NCBI RefSeq assembly: GCF_038624605.1
Contig: NZ_CP152020.1
Span: forward strand, 1,077,312-1,109,311
Source: Psychrobacillus sp. FSL K6-4046
GTDB lineage: Bacteria; Bacillota; Bacilli; Bacillales_A; Planococcaceae
Reading direction: 5' to 3'
DNA length: 32,000 nt
Of this stretch, positions 9,269 to 19,100 are shown piece by piece. A model generated the notes under the pieces. The model had not been told where the DNA came from. It worked only from the letters and a program-made list of their open reading frames with translations, and did no database searches. The translations under genes were made by a program, and so were the position numbers. How positions within the stretch are numbered: the first letter of the stretch is position 1; every line of letters begins with the position of its first letter.

Positions 9269-9343
9269 GAGCAAAGGCATCTAGTTTTCCAGATTTACCC
9301 CTACCTACACATTTTTTCAGGACGACATCCATGGCTTGTATTT

Positions 9344-9405
9344 CCTGTACCCAGCGAAAGCTGTCAAGTACGGTCTTTCACTTGACTGGTTTCGCTGGGT
9401 ACAGG
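9344..9405 (+). other. long perfect hairpin inside the IS 3' untranslated segment
   Basis: CCTGTACCCAGCGAAA (9344-9359) pairs with TTTCGCTGGGTACAGG (9390-9405). An inner stem GTCAAGT/ACTTGAC and an outer CATCCA (9326-9331) / TGGATG (9418-9423) extend it. The segment is GC-richer than the rest of the IS and has no T-tail. Confidence 0.6.
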
Positions 9406-9433
9406 ACGCTCCATGATTGGATGCCGTTCTGAC

Positions 9434-9457
9434 AGAGACTTAACTTTTTTATGTCCA
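9434..9457. repeat. IS right inverted repeat
   Basis: AGAGACTTAACTTTTTTATGTCCA, the inverted partner of 8077-8100. Confidence 0.75.
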
Positions 9458-9990
9458 GGATATTGACGTAGATCCATAATAAATCTCTAACTTTATAATT
9501 ATAAATTAAACTTGCTAAGGAAAAAGGTATTTACGTTCATTCCATTAATGTTAAAGAAATAGAAAGCTCAGTTCAGTTTGGTTCGGTTAATAGAGCTGCT
9601 CCAAAACTAGCCGAGCAATCATTTAAAAAGAGATATCCAAAAGAAGAAAAAGAACAACATAAAGTTTGGATAAGGAGCTGGACCACTTAAGTTAATTTCA
9701 TTTTTATAGAAGAAACCCATGAAAAATCTGGATAAATGAACCCCTTTGCACTTGCAAAGTAAGGGAAAAGTAGACTGATTTTAATCAGATAAAATGTAGA
9801 ATTATAGAAGTAAACAATAGAGGAAAGAAATAGAGGTAAATAGTGGGGAATGGTCGACCATTCAGCTACTTTGGATTAAGCATATTCATTTAATTGAGAA
9901 GAAAATCTAGGTGGAGTACAAGAAGGTTGTCTTAAAAATAAATGTCTAATCAAAAATAGTTCAAATAATTATCGTAATAAGTACTGGAAG

Positions 9991-10212
9991 TAAGAAAAGT
10001 TTGGACGAAAAGGTCAGAAAGTGCAAAAAGTTCGTTATAAATTACAAAAAACATTAAAAACATTAGAGAAAATATAATTCAGACACTCTCTAATTAGGTA
10101 AATTAGTCTGAATAAAACATGAAAAACACCAGTTGAAAAACTTTTATAATGGATGCACGCTGATCAGATAATAGCCAGGAATATAACAGAAAATACCCCC
10201 TCTGGTGATGTT
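9991..10212. repeat. repeat family R, copy B
   Basis: TAAGAAAAGTTTGGACGAAAAGGTCAGAAAGTGCAAAAAGTTCG ... AACAGAAAATACCCCCTCTGGTGATGT. Same orientation as copy A, with roughly three quarters identity over the alignable ends by eye. Confidence 0.7.
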
Positions 10213-10346
10213 CCTAAAAAGTCATCGAAGCTAATTTATCCAACATAGTCGCCAAATATCTTAGTCAGACGTAGTACGACACAATTTGAATATAAATTAA
10301 TATTAATTATATTATAATGAAAAAACAAAGAAAAGGAGGAATTAAA

Positions 10347-10643
10347 ATGAAACAAAAACACGCAGAAATAGATGAAGTTATCAATGAGGTGAGTGGGAAC
10401 TTCATAGAAAGTTTAACAAATTCACTGGAAGAAGATGAGATTGACCTTGATGATAATACTGAGATAGGCGAGTATTTAGAGAAATGGTATAAAGAGGATT
10501 ACCGTTATACAATTTCACATGCACTCAGAAACTACTGCAAGATTATATCTGCAGATTTATTTGAGAGAGAAGGAAATATCCACTATTATGTGTCATATCA
10601 TTTACTAGATGATGAAAAAGAGTTTAATTCATGTAGCTTCTAA
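10347..10643 (+). CDS. small highly acidic hypothetical protein (98 aa)
   Basis: The ORF track starts at 10317. ATG 10347 lies 7 nt after AAGGAGG (10333-10339), so I prefer it. By my count 24 D/E against 9 K/R. A weak hairpin plus T-run follows (10650-10690). Confidence 0.6.
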   Translation: MKQKHAEIDEVINEVSGNFIESLTNSLEEDEIDLDDNTEIGEYLEKWYKEDYRYTISHALRNYCKIISADLFEREGNIHYYVSYHLLDDEKEFNSCSF

Positions 10644-10686
10644 TATAAACGAGAGGATGACTATTAATGGTTGCCCTCTTTTTTTA

Positions 10687-10760
10687 TTACTCTTCACCAT
10701 TCCAATTGACTAATCACATAATTATTAAGAATATCAAAGAAAATGCCCCCTCTGACCCTG
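10687..10760. repeat. repeat family R, copy C (3' part only)
   Basis: TTACTCTTCACCATTCCAATTGAC...AAAGAAAATGCCCCCTCTGACCCTG aligns with 7658-7745 of copy A (TTACTCTTCATCTTTCCCATTCGA...CAGAAAATACCCCCTCCGATGATG). Confidence 0.6.
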
Positions 10761-10766
10761 CTTTTA

Positions 10767-10790
10767 ATAAGGTTTACTAACAGTTATGTA
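10767..10790. repeat. 24-bp repeat S, copy 2
   Basis: ATAAGGTTTACTAACAGTTATGTA; see 7938-7961. Confidence 0.7.
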
Positions 10791-11051
10791 CTATTCTAGG
10801 GTTCTTCGGGTTCCTTTAAGAGGAACTTCGCATTTAGGAACAATAAATAGGAAACCCGGTTCCGTTAAGAGAGCGGCTCCATTAGCCAAGCAAACATGAA
10901 AAAATAATAATAAAGAGGAATAAAGTTTATAAAATACTACACTAATGAATAGAAATTAAAAAAGAATAATGGAAAAGAATTTTTATTAAGTCTCAGAAAA
11001 AAATGAGATATTCGTTTTTAAAAGTCAGAATAATCTGTTTGCCGTTGCCCA

Positions 11052-11080
11052 TTGTATTAGCTATCTAGTAACAGTAAAAT
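11052..11080 (+). promoter_or_regulatory. candidate sigma-A promoter for the BREX operon
   Basis: TTGTAT (11052-11057), 17 nt, then TAAAAT (11075-11080), ~37 nt upstream of the leader ORF start. Pattern match only. Confidence 0.3.
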
Positions 11081-11116
11081 AAGAACTAAGTATAAATTAG
11101 ATACGAGGTGACGTTT

Positions 11117-11353
11117 GTGAAAGTAAAGCTTTTTTACCGTACTCAGCGTGATTTGGCTACTGCGTTAAATCACATTGTTGACGCGTATTGGTCAGAGGAA
11201 ATTAAAGAAGACGAATTGATAGAAGGAATAAAAAGTATGTATTTGAATAATCAGGATAAACTGATGAAAAACAATCAATTTACAACTGTTATACATCAGC
11301 AATGTGGAAAACGGCGATTAACAATTGTTGAAAGAATATTGGATATAAAATAG
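11117..11353 (+). CDS. small hypothetical protein immediately upstream of brxA (78 aa)
   Basis: The ORF track starts at GTG 11108. GTG 11117 lies 5 nt after GAGGTGA, so I prefer it. It ends 31 nt before brxA on the same strand. I recognise no family; there are possible short HTH-like helices (RTQRDLATALNHIV). Confidence 0.5.
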   Translation: MKVKLFYRTQRDLATALNHIVDAYWSEEIKEDELIEGIKSMYLNNQDKLMKNNQFTTVIHQQCGKRRLTIVERILDIK

Positions 11354-11384
11354 ATTTTAAGTCTTGTGTGAAAGGTTGGATTAG

Positions 11385-11981
11385 ATGGTTATAGAATTAG
11401 AATATTCTTCAAGTTTGAACGGTGCATCATATTTGCTGTTCGAGCTAAAGCAAGTTGTTAAATTACAACAAAAGGGTTTATCCACCCAAGAAATTCGAAA
11501 CATAGTAGTTGATGAAAACGTATTCCAGTTTGAGAACAAAGGAAGAATTACTCGAACGTTACCATCTGTAATGAGAAGAGCTAAAGTGATTGATTCAACA
11601 TTAGCATCCCTTTTGACGGAAGGATCAGTTGAAGTGGGTAAAGTCATTAATTTGTACGCCATCATGAAAACGGATTTGCTCTTTTACGAATTCATGAATG
11701 AAGTGATTAGTGAAAAACTGCAAAACAGCGACTATTTAATTGAAAAGAAGGATATCAATCTCTTTTTTACAGCTAAATCCGAACAAAGTGACAAGGTTGC
11801 AAGCTGGAGTATTATTAATACCGAGAAGTTAAAGCGGGCATTTTTGCAAGTGCTATTCGAAAGTGGCATGCTAAAGGATCGACGAGGTAAGGAATTGAAT
11901 CGTTTGATTATCGACGAGCAAATTAAAAACCATTTAATACATATAGGAGATACCCGTTACTTAAGAGCAATGGGTGAGTGA
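11385..11981 (+). CDS. brxA: BREX protein BrxA (DUF1819 family)
   Basis: 198 aa. Size, position as first gene of the cassette and tight coupling to brxB match type 1 BREX. Confidence 0.8.
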   Translation: MVIELEYSSSLNGASYLLFELKQVVKLQQKGLSTQEIRNIVVDENVFQFENKGRITRTLPSVMRRAKVIDSTLASLLTEGSVEVGKVINLYAIMKTDLLFYEFMNEVISEKLQNSDYLIEKKDINLFFTAKSEQSDKVASWSIINTEKLKRAFLQVLFESGMLKDRRGKELNRLIIDEQIKNHLIHIGDTRYLRAMGE

Positions 11982-11992
11982 GGGGTGACAAC

Positions 11993-12559
11993 ATGGCAAA
12001 TTTGAATGCAAGACTGGATCAAATCATACCAAAAATCAAAGAGGACAAGTTTATCGAAGGACGTGGACTTGGAAACGAGATCAGCTTTTATGTCTTCGAT
12101 TACGAACCAGAGGGTGAACTTGTCGTGAGGGATTATATAAAACACATCAAAAAAGAATTCAGTTATGAAGGTTCAAACAGACGAATTATTGAATTCGATT
12201 TATATAAAATTCTACTCGATATCACGAAAGAAAAGAGAATTTTTGATCGTATTTTTGACATGGAGGAAAGACAAGGGAAAGAAGCTTTGTTCAAAGCAAT
12301 GACGACGTTTGCTAAACCAGAAGTTTTTTTACATAAAATAAAGGAACAAATGGGAGATCATAATGTTGTCTTCCTTACTGGAATAGGAAAGGTGTATCCA
12401 TTCGTACGGTCACATAATATCCTTAACAATCTACAAGAAGTATTGGATAAAACGCCTGTCATCATGTTCTTCCCAGGGCAATACGATGGACAGTCATTAC
12501 AATTGTTTAGCAAATTCAAAGATGACAACTACTATAGAGCATTTCGTTTAGTAGATTAG
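11993..12559 (+). CDS. brxB: BREX protein BrxB (DUF1788 family)
   Basis: The ORF track starts at GTG 11978, overlapping the brxA stop. ATG 11993 lies 5 nt after GAGGGGTG, so I prefer it. About 188 aa, second in the canonical order. Confidence 0.8.
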   Translation: MANLNARLDQIIPKIKEDKFIEGRGLGNEISFYVFDYEPEGELVVRDYIKHIKKEFSYEGSNRRIIEFDLYKILLDITKEKRIFDRIFDMEERQGKEALFKAMTTFAKPEVFLHKIKEQMGDHNVVFLTGIGKVYPFVRSHNILNNLQEVLDKTPVIMFFPGQYDGQSLQLFSKFKDDNYYRAFRLVD

Positions 12560-12577
12560 AGAAAAGGGGGAATTTAG

Positions 12578-15500
12578 ATGATACTGAAAGATATGTTTTT
12601 AAAGGATATTGAACGTGATATACGTGGGGTAATTAAAGTTGCACAAACAAATGAAGAGGACATTTACCAAGAGCTTGATGAATATGTTGTGACGCAAGAG
12701 CTACATAAGCACTTATCGAAGTTCTATGATAATTACCAAAAAGGAATTAACGGCAAGACAGACAAAATGGGCGTTTGGATTAGCGGGTTCTTCGGATCGG
12801 GTAAGTCCCACTTTCTCAAAATCCTCGCTTACCTGTTAGAGAACAAGGAAGTGAAAGGGAAGCAACCGATTGATTTCTTTGAGAACAAAGTGCAGGATTC
12901 ACTTGTCTATGCAAATATGAAGCGAACTGCAGATGTCGATACAGAAGTCATTTTGTTCAACATTGATTCCAAAAGTTCCCTTGACAATAAATCCAAAGAA
13001 GATGCAATTTTACGTGTCTTCATGAAGGTGTTTTACGAGCATAGAGGCTATTATGGGGACATTCCAGGCGTTGCAGAGATGGAGAAGTATTTAGACAAGC
13101 AAGGCGTGTACGAAGCGTTTAAAACAGAATTTAAGGCATTAGCCGGTGAATCATGGGAGAGTCGTCGCAACAGTTTCTATTTCGATGCAGATTTTGTTAT
13201 TGGAGCATTGACGAAAGTGACAGATATGTCGGAAGAATCGGCAAGAAATTGGTTTGAAAATGGTGTGAACAACTTTGAAATTAGCATCGAGAAGTTCTCC
13301 AAGGACGTAAAAGAATACATTGATGAAAAAGGCTCGAATTTCCACTTAGTCTTCCTTGTAGATGAAATAGGTCAATATATCGGTGACAGCCGTAATCTAA
13401 TGCTTAACTTGCAAACACTTGCGGAAGATCTTGGAACACATGCACACGGTAAGGTATGGATCATGGTGACTTCACAGGAAAGTATAGATTCTATTGTAAA
13501 AGTTAAAGGTGATGACTTCTCTCGTATACAAGGACGCTTCGATACAAGACTATCACTGTCTTCTATTTCTGTAGATGAAGTAATCAAGAAGCGGATTTTG
13601 AAGAAGCATTCGCATGTTAATGACAAACTAAAAGTTCTCTTCCCTGAAAAGAGTGCCATCTTGAAAAATCTCATTAGCTTCCGAGAAAGTACGGCGGATT
13701 TAAGGGGTTACGATAATGAACATGAATTTGCGGATGTATATCCATTCATTCCGTATCAATTTAAACTTCTGCAAAATGTTTTCGAGCAAGTGAGAAAACA
13801 TGGTTCATCAGGTAAGCACTTATCTGAAGGGGAACGCTCTATGCTTTCGGCATTTAAAGAAGCAGGACTTAGCTATAAAGATGCTGAAGAAGGGACGCTA
13901 ATTCCGTTCTATGCGTTCTACGATACGATAAAAGAATTTCTTAACCCTGCCATTTCAAGAGTTATTGAGGGAGCAAAGGAAAATCCTGCATTAAAAAACG
14001 ATGAATTTAACATCAACTTACTAAAAGTATTGTTCATGATTAAATATATTAAAGAATTACCTTCGAACATTGACAATATCGCAACACTAATGGTGAGAAA
14101 CATGGATGAAGACAAACTACAGCTAAAAGAAAAAATAAAGGTTGCTGTACGAAAACTTACTTCGCAAACACTGATTCAGAAAAACGGGGACTATTTTGTT
14201 TTCTTAACGGATGATGAACAGGATATAAATCGAGAAATTAAACAAATGAACATAGATGAAGATATTGTAAAAAGAGAATTGGCGAACTACATCTTCCAAG
14301 ACATGTTTGATGATAAAAGATTCAATTATTCGAAAGAGTATGCATTCTCCTACAATCAAAAAATGGATGAAAAAAATTATGGCAATCAGACATCAAGTAT
14401 TGGATTGAACATCGTTTCTCCATTATCTGACCATTATCAAAAATCTGATCAGGAAATGATGATGATGACTTCTGGTAGTGGTGAAATGCTTATTAAGCTT
14501 GGTGGAAACGGGATATATGTCGAGGAAATGGAAGAAGCATTAAGAATAGAAGAATTCCGAAAGAAAAAGAATATAACACAGCTTCCAGAAAACATTCAAA
14601 ATATCTTGAACAACAAGCAAGCAGAAGTTCGTGAACGTAGACGTAGAGTGCGTGAATTACTGGAGGATGCTATTAAGGGTGGAGTTTTCTTTATCAATGG
14701 AGATAAAATGGATATCAAAGGTTCTTCTGTTAAGGAAAAAATCAATTCTTCTTTCAAACAGTTGGTCGATAATGTGTATACAAGACTCGGTTATGTGAAC
14801 GAGCATCTGGAAAATGAACGAGCATTGATTCCTATTTTAACCTTAGACAAAGATCAGATTTCTTTTGACGACAAACTTGGTACCAATCCGAATGAACTTG
14901 CTAAGAGAGAAATCTTTGATTTTATCGATTTACAAGATCAAATCCAAAAACAGGTTAGAGTAAAACTTATCTATGATCGCTTCCAAGACAAACCATATGG
15001 GTGGAAACAACTTGACATCGCAGGTCTAATTGCGGAATTACTGAAAGAGCAACGCATTCGTATCCGTTACAATGCTGAATATCTGGAGCCAGAAACAGAT
15101 ACGAACAAATTGCTCACTATATTTGCTAAAACCTCTGAAGCTGATAAAGGAATCATTATTAAGCGAGTAAAAGTAGACGAATCTCTAATTCGTACAGCTA
15201 AAAGAGTGTGTAAAGAGGTCTTTAATACAACAGATTTATCGGATGATGAAGATGGTCTTGTTAAAGATATTCGAGTATTGATTGAAAAACAAATAGCAGA
15301 AATAGTTGCTTATAAAGCACGCTATGAAGGAAGAAAGTATCCAGGTAGAAGCTTACTCGATAAAGGGTTGGAGTATTTTGGACAATTCGATAACAAACTT
15401 GATAATGCTTCCTTCTTTATGAAGCTGAATGAGCTAGAAGATGATTTAGCGGACTGGGAAGAAGATATTGTGTATGTGAAAAGCTTCTTTGGTACTAATC

Positions 15501-16156
15501 AAAAAGAAATATTCGACCAAGGGTTGGCGGGACTGAACAAGTATGAGGAAAATAAAGCATACTTGTCAGTGCAAAAGGTAGTCGGAGCAATGGATCAACT
15601 TCGTTCAATTATTAGTGATCCAGTTCCATATAAAAAAATTAAAGAGATTCCTGAACTAGTTCATGTATTAGAAGAACAAAGCAATCTCGTTTTATTAGAG
15701 AAAAAAGGAAATGCTCACAAAAAATTAAATTCAGACTACGACGAATTGTCATTACATGCGAAGCAATATGGTGTATCCAAAGCAACGAAACAGCGTGTAG
15801 ACGATTACTATGATGAATTAAAAGCCAATTTAAATACTTTTACAGATATTTTCAAAGTAGATGCGACTATTTCACAAAGTACAAGCTACAAAGAACGAAC
15901 AGAAATAGAAATTAGACGTGAAATCATTGAATGGCAACGCAAGAAAGCGGAAGAGCAGAAAAACAAACCTGGTGGAGAAGTGGTGGATCCACCAATCATT
16001 GAATCTGTTATTCAGAAACAAAATGTAAAAGTAACAGAACTCGTTACTATTAAAACACTATCAACTGAGGAAGAAGTGGATCAATATATCAATACACTAT
16101 CCAATAAATTGAAAAAAATCATCAAGTCGAATAAACAAATTGAATTTATAGAATAG
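12578..16156 (+). CDS. brxC: BREX P-loop ATPase BrxC/PglY
   Basis: 1192 aa. Walker A GFFGSGKS at 12785-12808. Walker B-like LVFLVDEIGQY. Long coiled, charged C-terminal half. RBS AAGGGGG. Confidence 0.9.
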   Translation: MILKDMFLKDIERDIRGVIKVAQTNEEDIYQELDEYVVTQELHKHLSKFYDNYQKGINGKTDKMGVWISGFFGSGKSHFLKILAYLLENKEVKGKQPIDFFENKVQDSLVYANMKRTADVDTEVILFNIDSKSSLDNKSKEDAILRVFMKVFYEHRGYYGDIPGVAEMEKYLDKQGVYEAFKTEFKALAGESWESRRNSFYFDADFVIGALTKVTDMSEESARNWFENGVNNFEISIEKFSKDVKEYIDEKGSNFHLVFLVDEIGQYIGDSRNLMLNLQTLAEDLGTHAHGKVWIMVTSQESIDSIVKVKGDDFSRIQGRFDTRLSLSSISVDEVIKKRILKKHSHVNDKLKVLFPEKSAILKNLISFRESTADLRGYDNEHEFADVYPFIPYQFKLLQNVFEQVRKHGSSGKHLSEGERSMLSAFKEAGLSYKDAEEGTLIPFYAFYDTIKEFLNPAISRVIEGAKENPALKNDEFNINLLKVLFMIKYIKELPSNIDNIATLMVRNMDEDKLQLKEKIKVAVRKLTSQTLIQKNGDYFVFLTDDEQDINREIKQMNIDEDIVKRELANYIFQDMFDDKRFNYSKEYAFSYNQKMDEKNYGNQTSSIGLNIVSPLSDHYQKSDQEMMMMTSGSGEMLIKLGGNGIYVEEMEEALRIEEFRKKKNITQLPENIQNILNNKQAEVRERRRRVRELLEDAIKGGVFFINGDKMDIKGSSVKEKINSSFKQLVDNVYTRLGYVNEHLENERALIPILTLDKDQISFDDKLGTNPNELAKREIFDFIDLQDQIQKQVRVKLIYDRFQDKPYGWKQLDIAGLIAELLKEQRIRIRYNAEYLEPETDTNKLLTIFAKTSEADKGIIIKRVKVDESLIRTAKRVCKEVFNTTDLSDDEDGLVKDIRVLIEKQIAEIVAYKARYEGRKYPGRSLLDKGLEYFGQFDNKLDNASFFMKLNELEDDLADWEEDIVYVKSFFGTNQKEIFDQGLAGLNKYEENKAYLSVQKVVGAMDQLRSIISDPVPYKKIKEIPELVHVLEEQSNLVLLEKKGNAHKKLNSDYDELSLHAKQYGVSKATKQRVDDYYDELKANLNTFTDIFKVDATISQSTSYKERTEIEIRREIIEWQRKKAEEQKNKPGGEVVDPPIIESVIQKQNVKVTELVTIKTLSTEEEVDQYINTLSNKLKKIIKSNKQIEFIE

Positions 16157-16171
16157 GAGGCTGATACGGTT

Positions 16172-19100
16172 ATGAATAAAACAGCATTGAAAAACTTTGC
16201 AACAAGTGCAAGAAAAGAATTGCTTGAAAGAGTAGAACTGCAAGCACGAAAACTTGGAATTACAGCCGAATCCATTCAAACAGCAAATATAGAAAGTTCG
16301 GATGCCGTCTTTATTGACGGAAAACAGCTTTTAGATACAGAAAGAAGACAACGTAACAAACTTATTGCCCGAATAAATGAAATAGGCTTTAACCGTGTAA
16401 TGGAAGAAACATCCTACACGTGGTTCAACCGTTTTATCGCACTTCGTTACATGGAAGTCAACGATTATTTGCCAACTAAAGTACGTGTTCTTTCCTCAAA
16501 TTCAGGCAGTGCCGAACCAGATATGATGAAAGAAGCATTATCGTTGGATTTAGAGTTAGACAAAGAATATGTTTACGATTTAAAGGTGAATAACAAAACG
16601 GATGAACTGTTCAAATATCTAATTAAAATGCATTGTAACGATTTGAACCGTTACTTGCCATTTATGTTTGAAACAATTGAAGACTATACTGAAATTCTCT
16701 TTCCAGAGGGATTACTTGGGACGGATTCGTTTGTCCGTCAGATGACAAATATAGAGGAAATTCCTGAAGGTAACTGGGAAAAAATTGAGGTAATTGGATG
16801 GCTTTATCAATACTATATTGCCGAAGAAAAAGACCGTGTTTTCAAAGCGAAAACAAAATATAAAACTGAAGAAATACCTTTTGCTACCCAGCTCTTTACA
16901 CCCGATTGGATTGTTCAATATATGGTGCAGAATTCGCTCGGACGTTACTGGGTAGAAGCCCACCCTGAACATCGTGACTTGCTTGATGGCTGGGAGTTTT
17001 ACTTGGAAAACAAACAAGAAGACTTTCAAGATAAAATCGCTCAGTATGTAAACAAAGAAATAAACGTGGAAGACATCAAATGTTTCGATCCTGCTATGGG
17101 GAGTGGACATATTCTTGTGTATATGTTTGATGTACTCTACGAGATTTATAGCAAATGTGGTTACATGGAAAGAGAAATCCCCCGACTTATCATCGAGAAT
17201 AATTTATATGGATTAGACATTGATGATCGAGCCTATCAATTGGCAAGCTTTTCAGTTGTCATGAAAGGATTACAATATAATAGACGTTTCTTGAGAAGTA
17301 TCGAAAAAGATGGATTAACGATTAATTTGGCATCTGTGCAAGAAACGAATGGATGGACTGAAGATGAGATTGAATATGTAGCGGGCCAAGGTAATGGTGT
17401 TAAATTTGAGCATACTAAAGCATTTATTGACCAATTTAATAATGCCAAAACATTCGGATCCCTTATTAAAGTAAGGCAATCTGATTTATCTATTTTAGAA
17501 AATAGACTTCATGAAATCAAATTATCACCTGTCGAAGATATTTTCCAAACAGAAAAGCGTGAGCGAGCATTAGCATTGTTCCCACAACTAATTAAACAGA
17601 CCAATATTATGAAGAAGCAATACGACATTGTCATTATGAATCCACCCTACATGGGTTCGGGAAGTATGAACAAAGTATTGTCCGATTTTTTAAGAATTAA
17701 CTATCCTGATTCGAAATCAGATCTGTTTGCCTCATTCATGGAAGTCAATCACTATTTAAAACAAAACAGTTTCTATGCGGCCATCAATCAACATTCGTGG
17801 ATGTTCTTATCTAGTTTTGAGAAGTTGCGGGAAAAAGTTATTAAAACCAAATTTATCGACTCAATGTTGCACTTAGGCCCAAGAGCGTTCGAGGAAATCG
17901 GTGGGGAAGTTGTACAATCGACAGCGTTTGTACTACGAAATACTGAAGTTCCAGATAGCAAAGGAACTTATTTAAGGTTGATTAAAGAAAAAACAGCAAG
18001 TGAAAAGAAAGAAAAAGTGGTGAAAGCTGTTCAAAATCCTTCTGTTTCATATCGATACTTATTTGACCAAGTAAACTTTAGTAATATCCCAGGTAGTCCT
18101 GTAGCTTATTGGATGAGTGATAGAATAGGCCAATTATTCAAAACTACACCTAATGTTTCAGAGGTGGCAAGTGCAAGACTGGGTTTAGCAACTGGAGATA
18201 ATGATAGATTTATGAGGGAATGGTTTGAGGTAAGTAAAGAAAATACAGCTTTCAATATGAGTTCAAGAGAGGAAGCAAAACTAAGTAATATTAAATGGTT
18301 TCCAATGAACAAAGGAGGAAGTTATAGGAAATGGTATGGTAACAATGACCTCGTTGTAAATTGGCAAAATGACGGGGAGGAAATTAGAAATTTTAAAGAT
18401 AATTTTGGTAAGCTCCGTTCCCGTCCGCAAAATCTAAGGGATTGTTTTGTGCCTGGAATTTCATGGACTGTTATTAGTTCGAAAAGCTCGTTTAGGTATT
18501 CACCTGAAGGGTTTTTATATAATAACAAGGGGCCCTGCATAAATTCGACAAATGAAGAAAATGATACTACATTATTAGGAATACTGAACTCTAAAGTAAC
18601 AGAATATATTTTGCAATTACTTTCGCCGACTATAGGATTTGAAGCTGGATATATTTCTAAAATTCCTATTGTGTTTGAGCAAGACATACAACCTACACTA
18701 AACAATATTGTTCGTCAAAATATCTTGATTTCTAAGAACGAATGGGATTCCAGAGAAACATCATGGGATTTTGGTAAACATCCTTTCGTAAAAAAACTTT
18801 CTTCAAAAGTTGAATTAGCATTCAATGAATGGAAAGAATCAAGTGAGGAACAGTTTAGGAATCTCAAATTAAATGAAGAAGAAATTAACCATATCCTAAT
18901 TGAAATATACGGTTTACAAAACGAACTTACACCTCAAGTTGAAGAAAAAGATGTCACCATTCATAAAGCAGATTTAGAACGTGACATCAAAAGTTTCATC
19001 TCTTACGCTGTCGGGTGTTCTTTCGGCCGTTATTCACTTGACGAAGAAGGGCTTATCTATGCAGGTGGTGAATTTGATATTTCACGTTATAAAACATTCC

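Larger units (their letters stand above)
8077..9457 (+). mobile_element. IS3-family (IS150-like) insertion sequence, apparently intact, 1381 bp
   Basis: The terminal inverted repeats start with TGGACA. IRL is 8077-8100 (TGGACACAAGTTAGTTAAGTCTCT); the reverse complement of IRR 9434-9457 is TGGACATAAAAAAGTTAAGTCTCT. orfA and orfB lie in the 0 and -1 frames with an A6G slippery site. The immediate flanks GTA and GGA differ, so there is no clear 3-bp target duplication. Confidence 0.85.

Noticed and set aside
8782-9432. ORFs 8782..8997 + and 9247..9432 + within the IS element.
   Set aside because: The first is an alternative frame of orfB. The second spans the 3' hairpin region, has no SD, and its open frame is explained by the local GC richness.
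9513-9689. A stop-to-stop frame reading ...LAKEKGIYVHSINVKEIESSVQFGSVNRAAPKLAEQSFKKRYPKEEKEQHKVWIRSWTT*, considered as the 3' remnant of a gene split by the IS.
   Set aside because: It has no start codon and no matching 5' half upstream of the IS at 8077 in any frame I tried, and I recognise no family. The evidence is insufficient.
7469-10790. The repeat family as a CRISPR array.
   Set aside because: There are only three copies, 74-277 bp long, with irregular spacing of 0.5-2.2 kb. The sequences are imperfect and there are no short unique spacers or cas genes.
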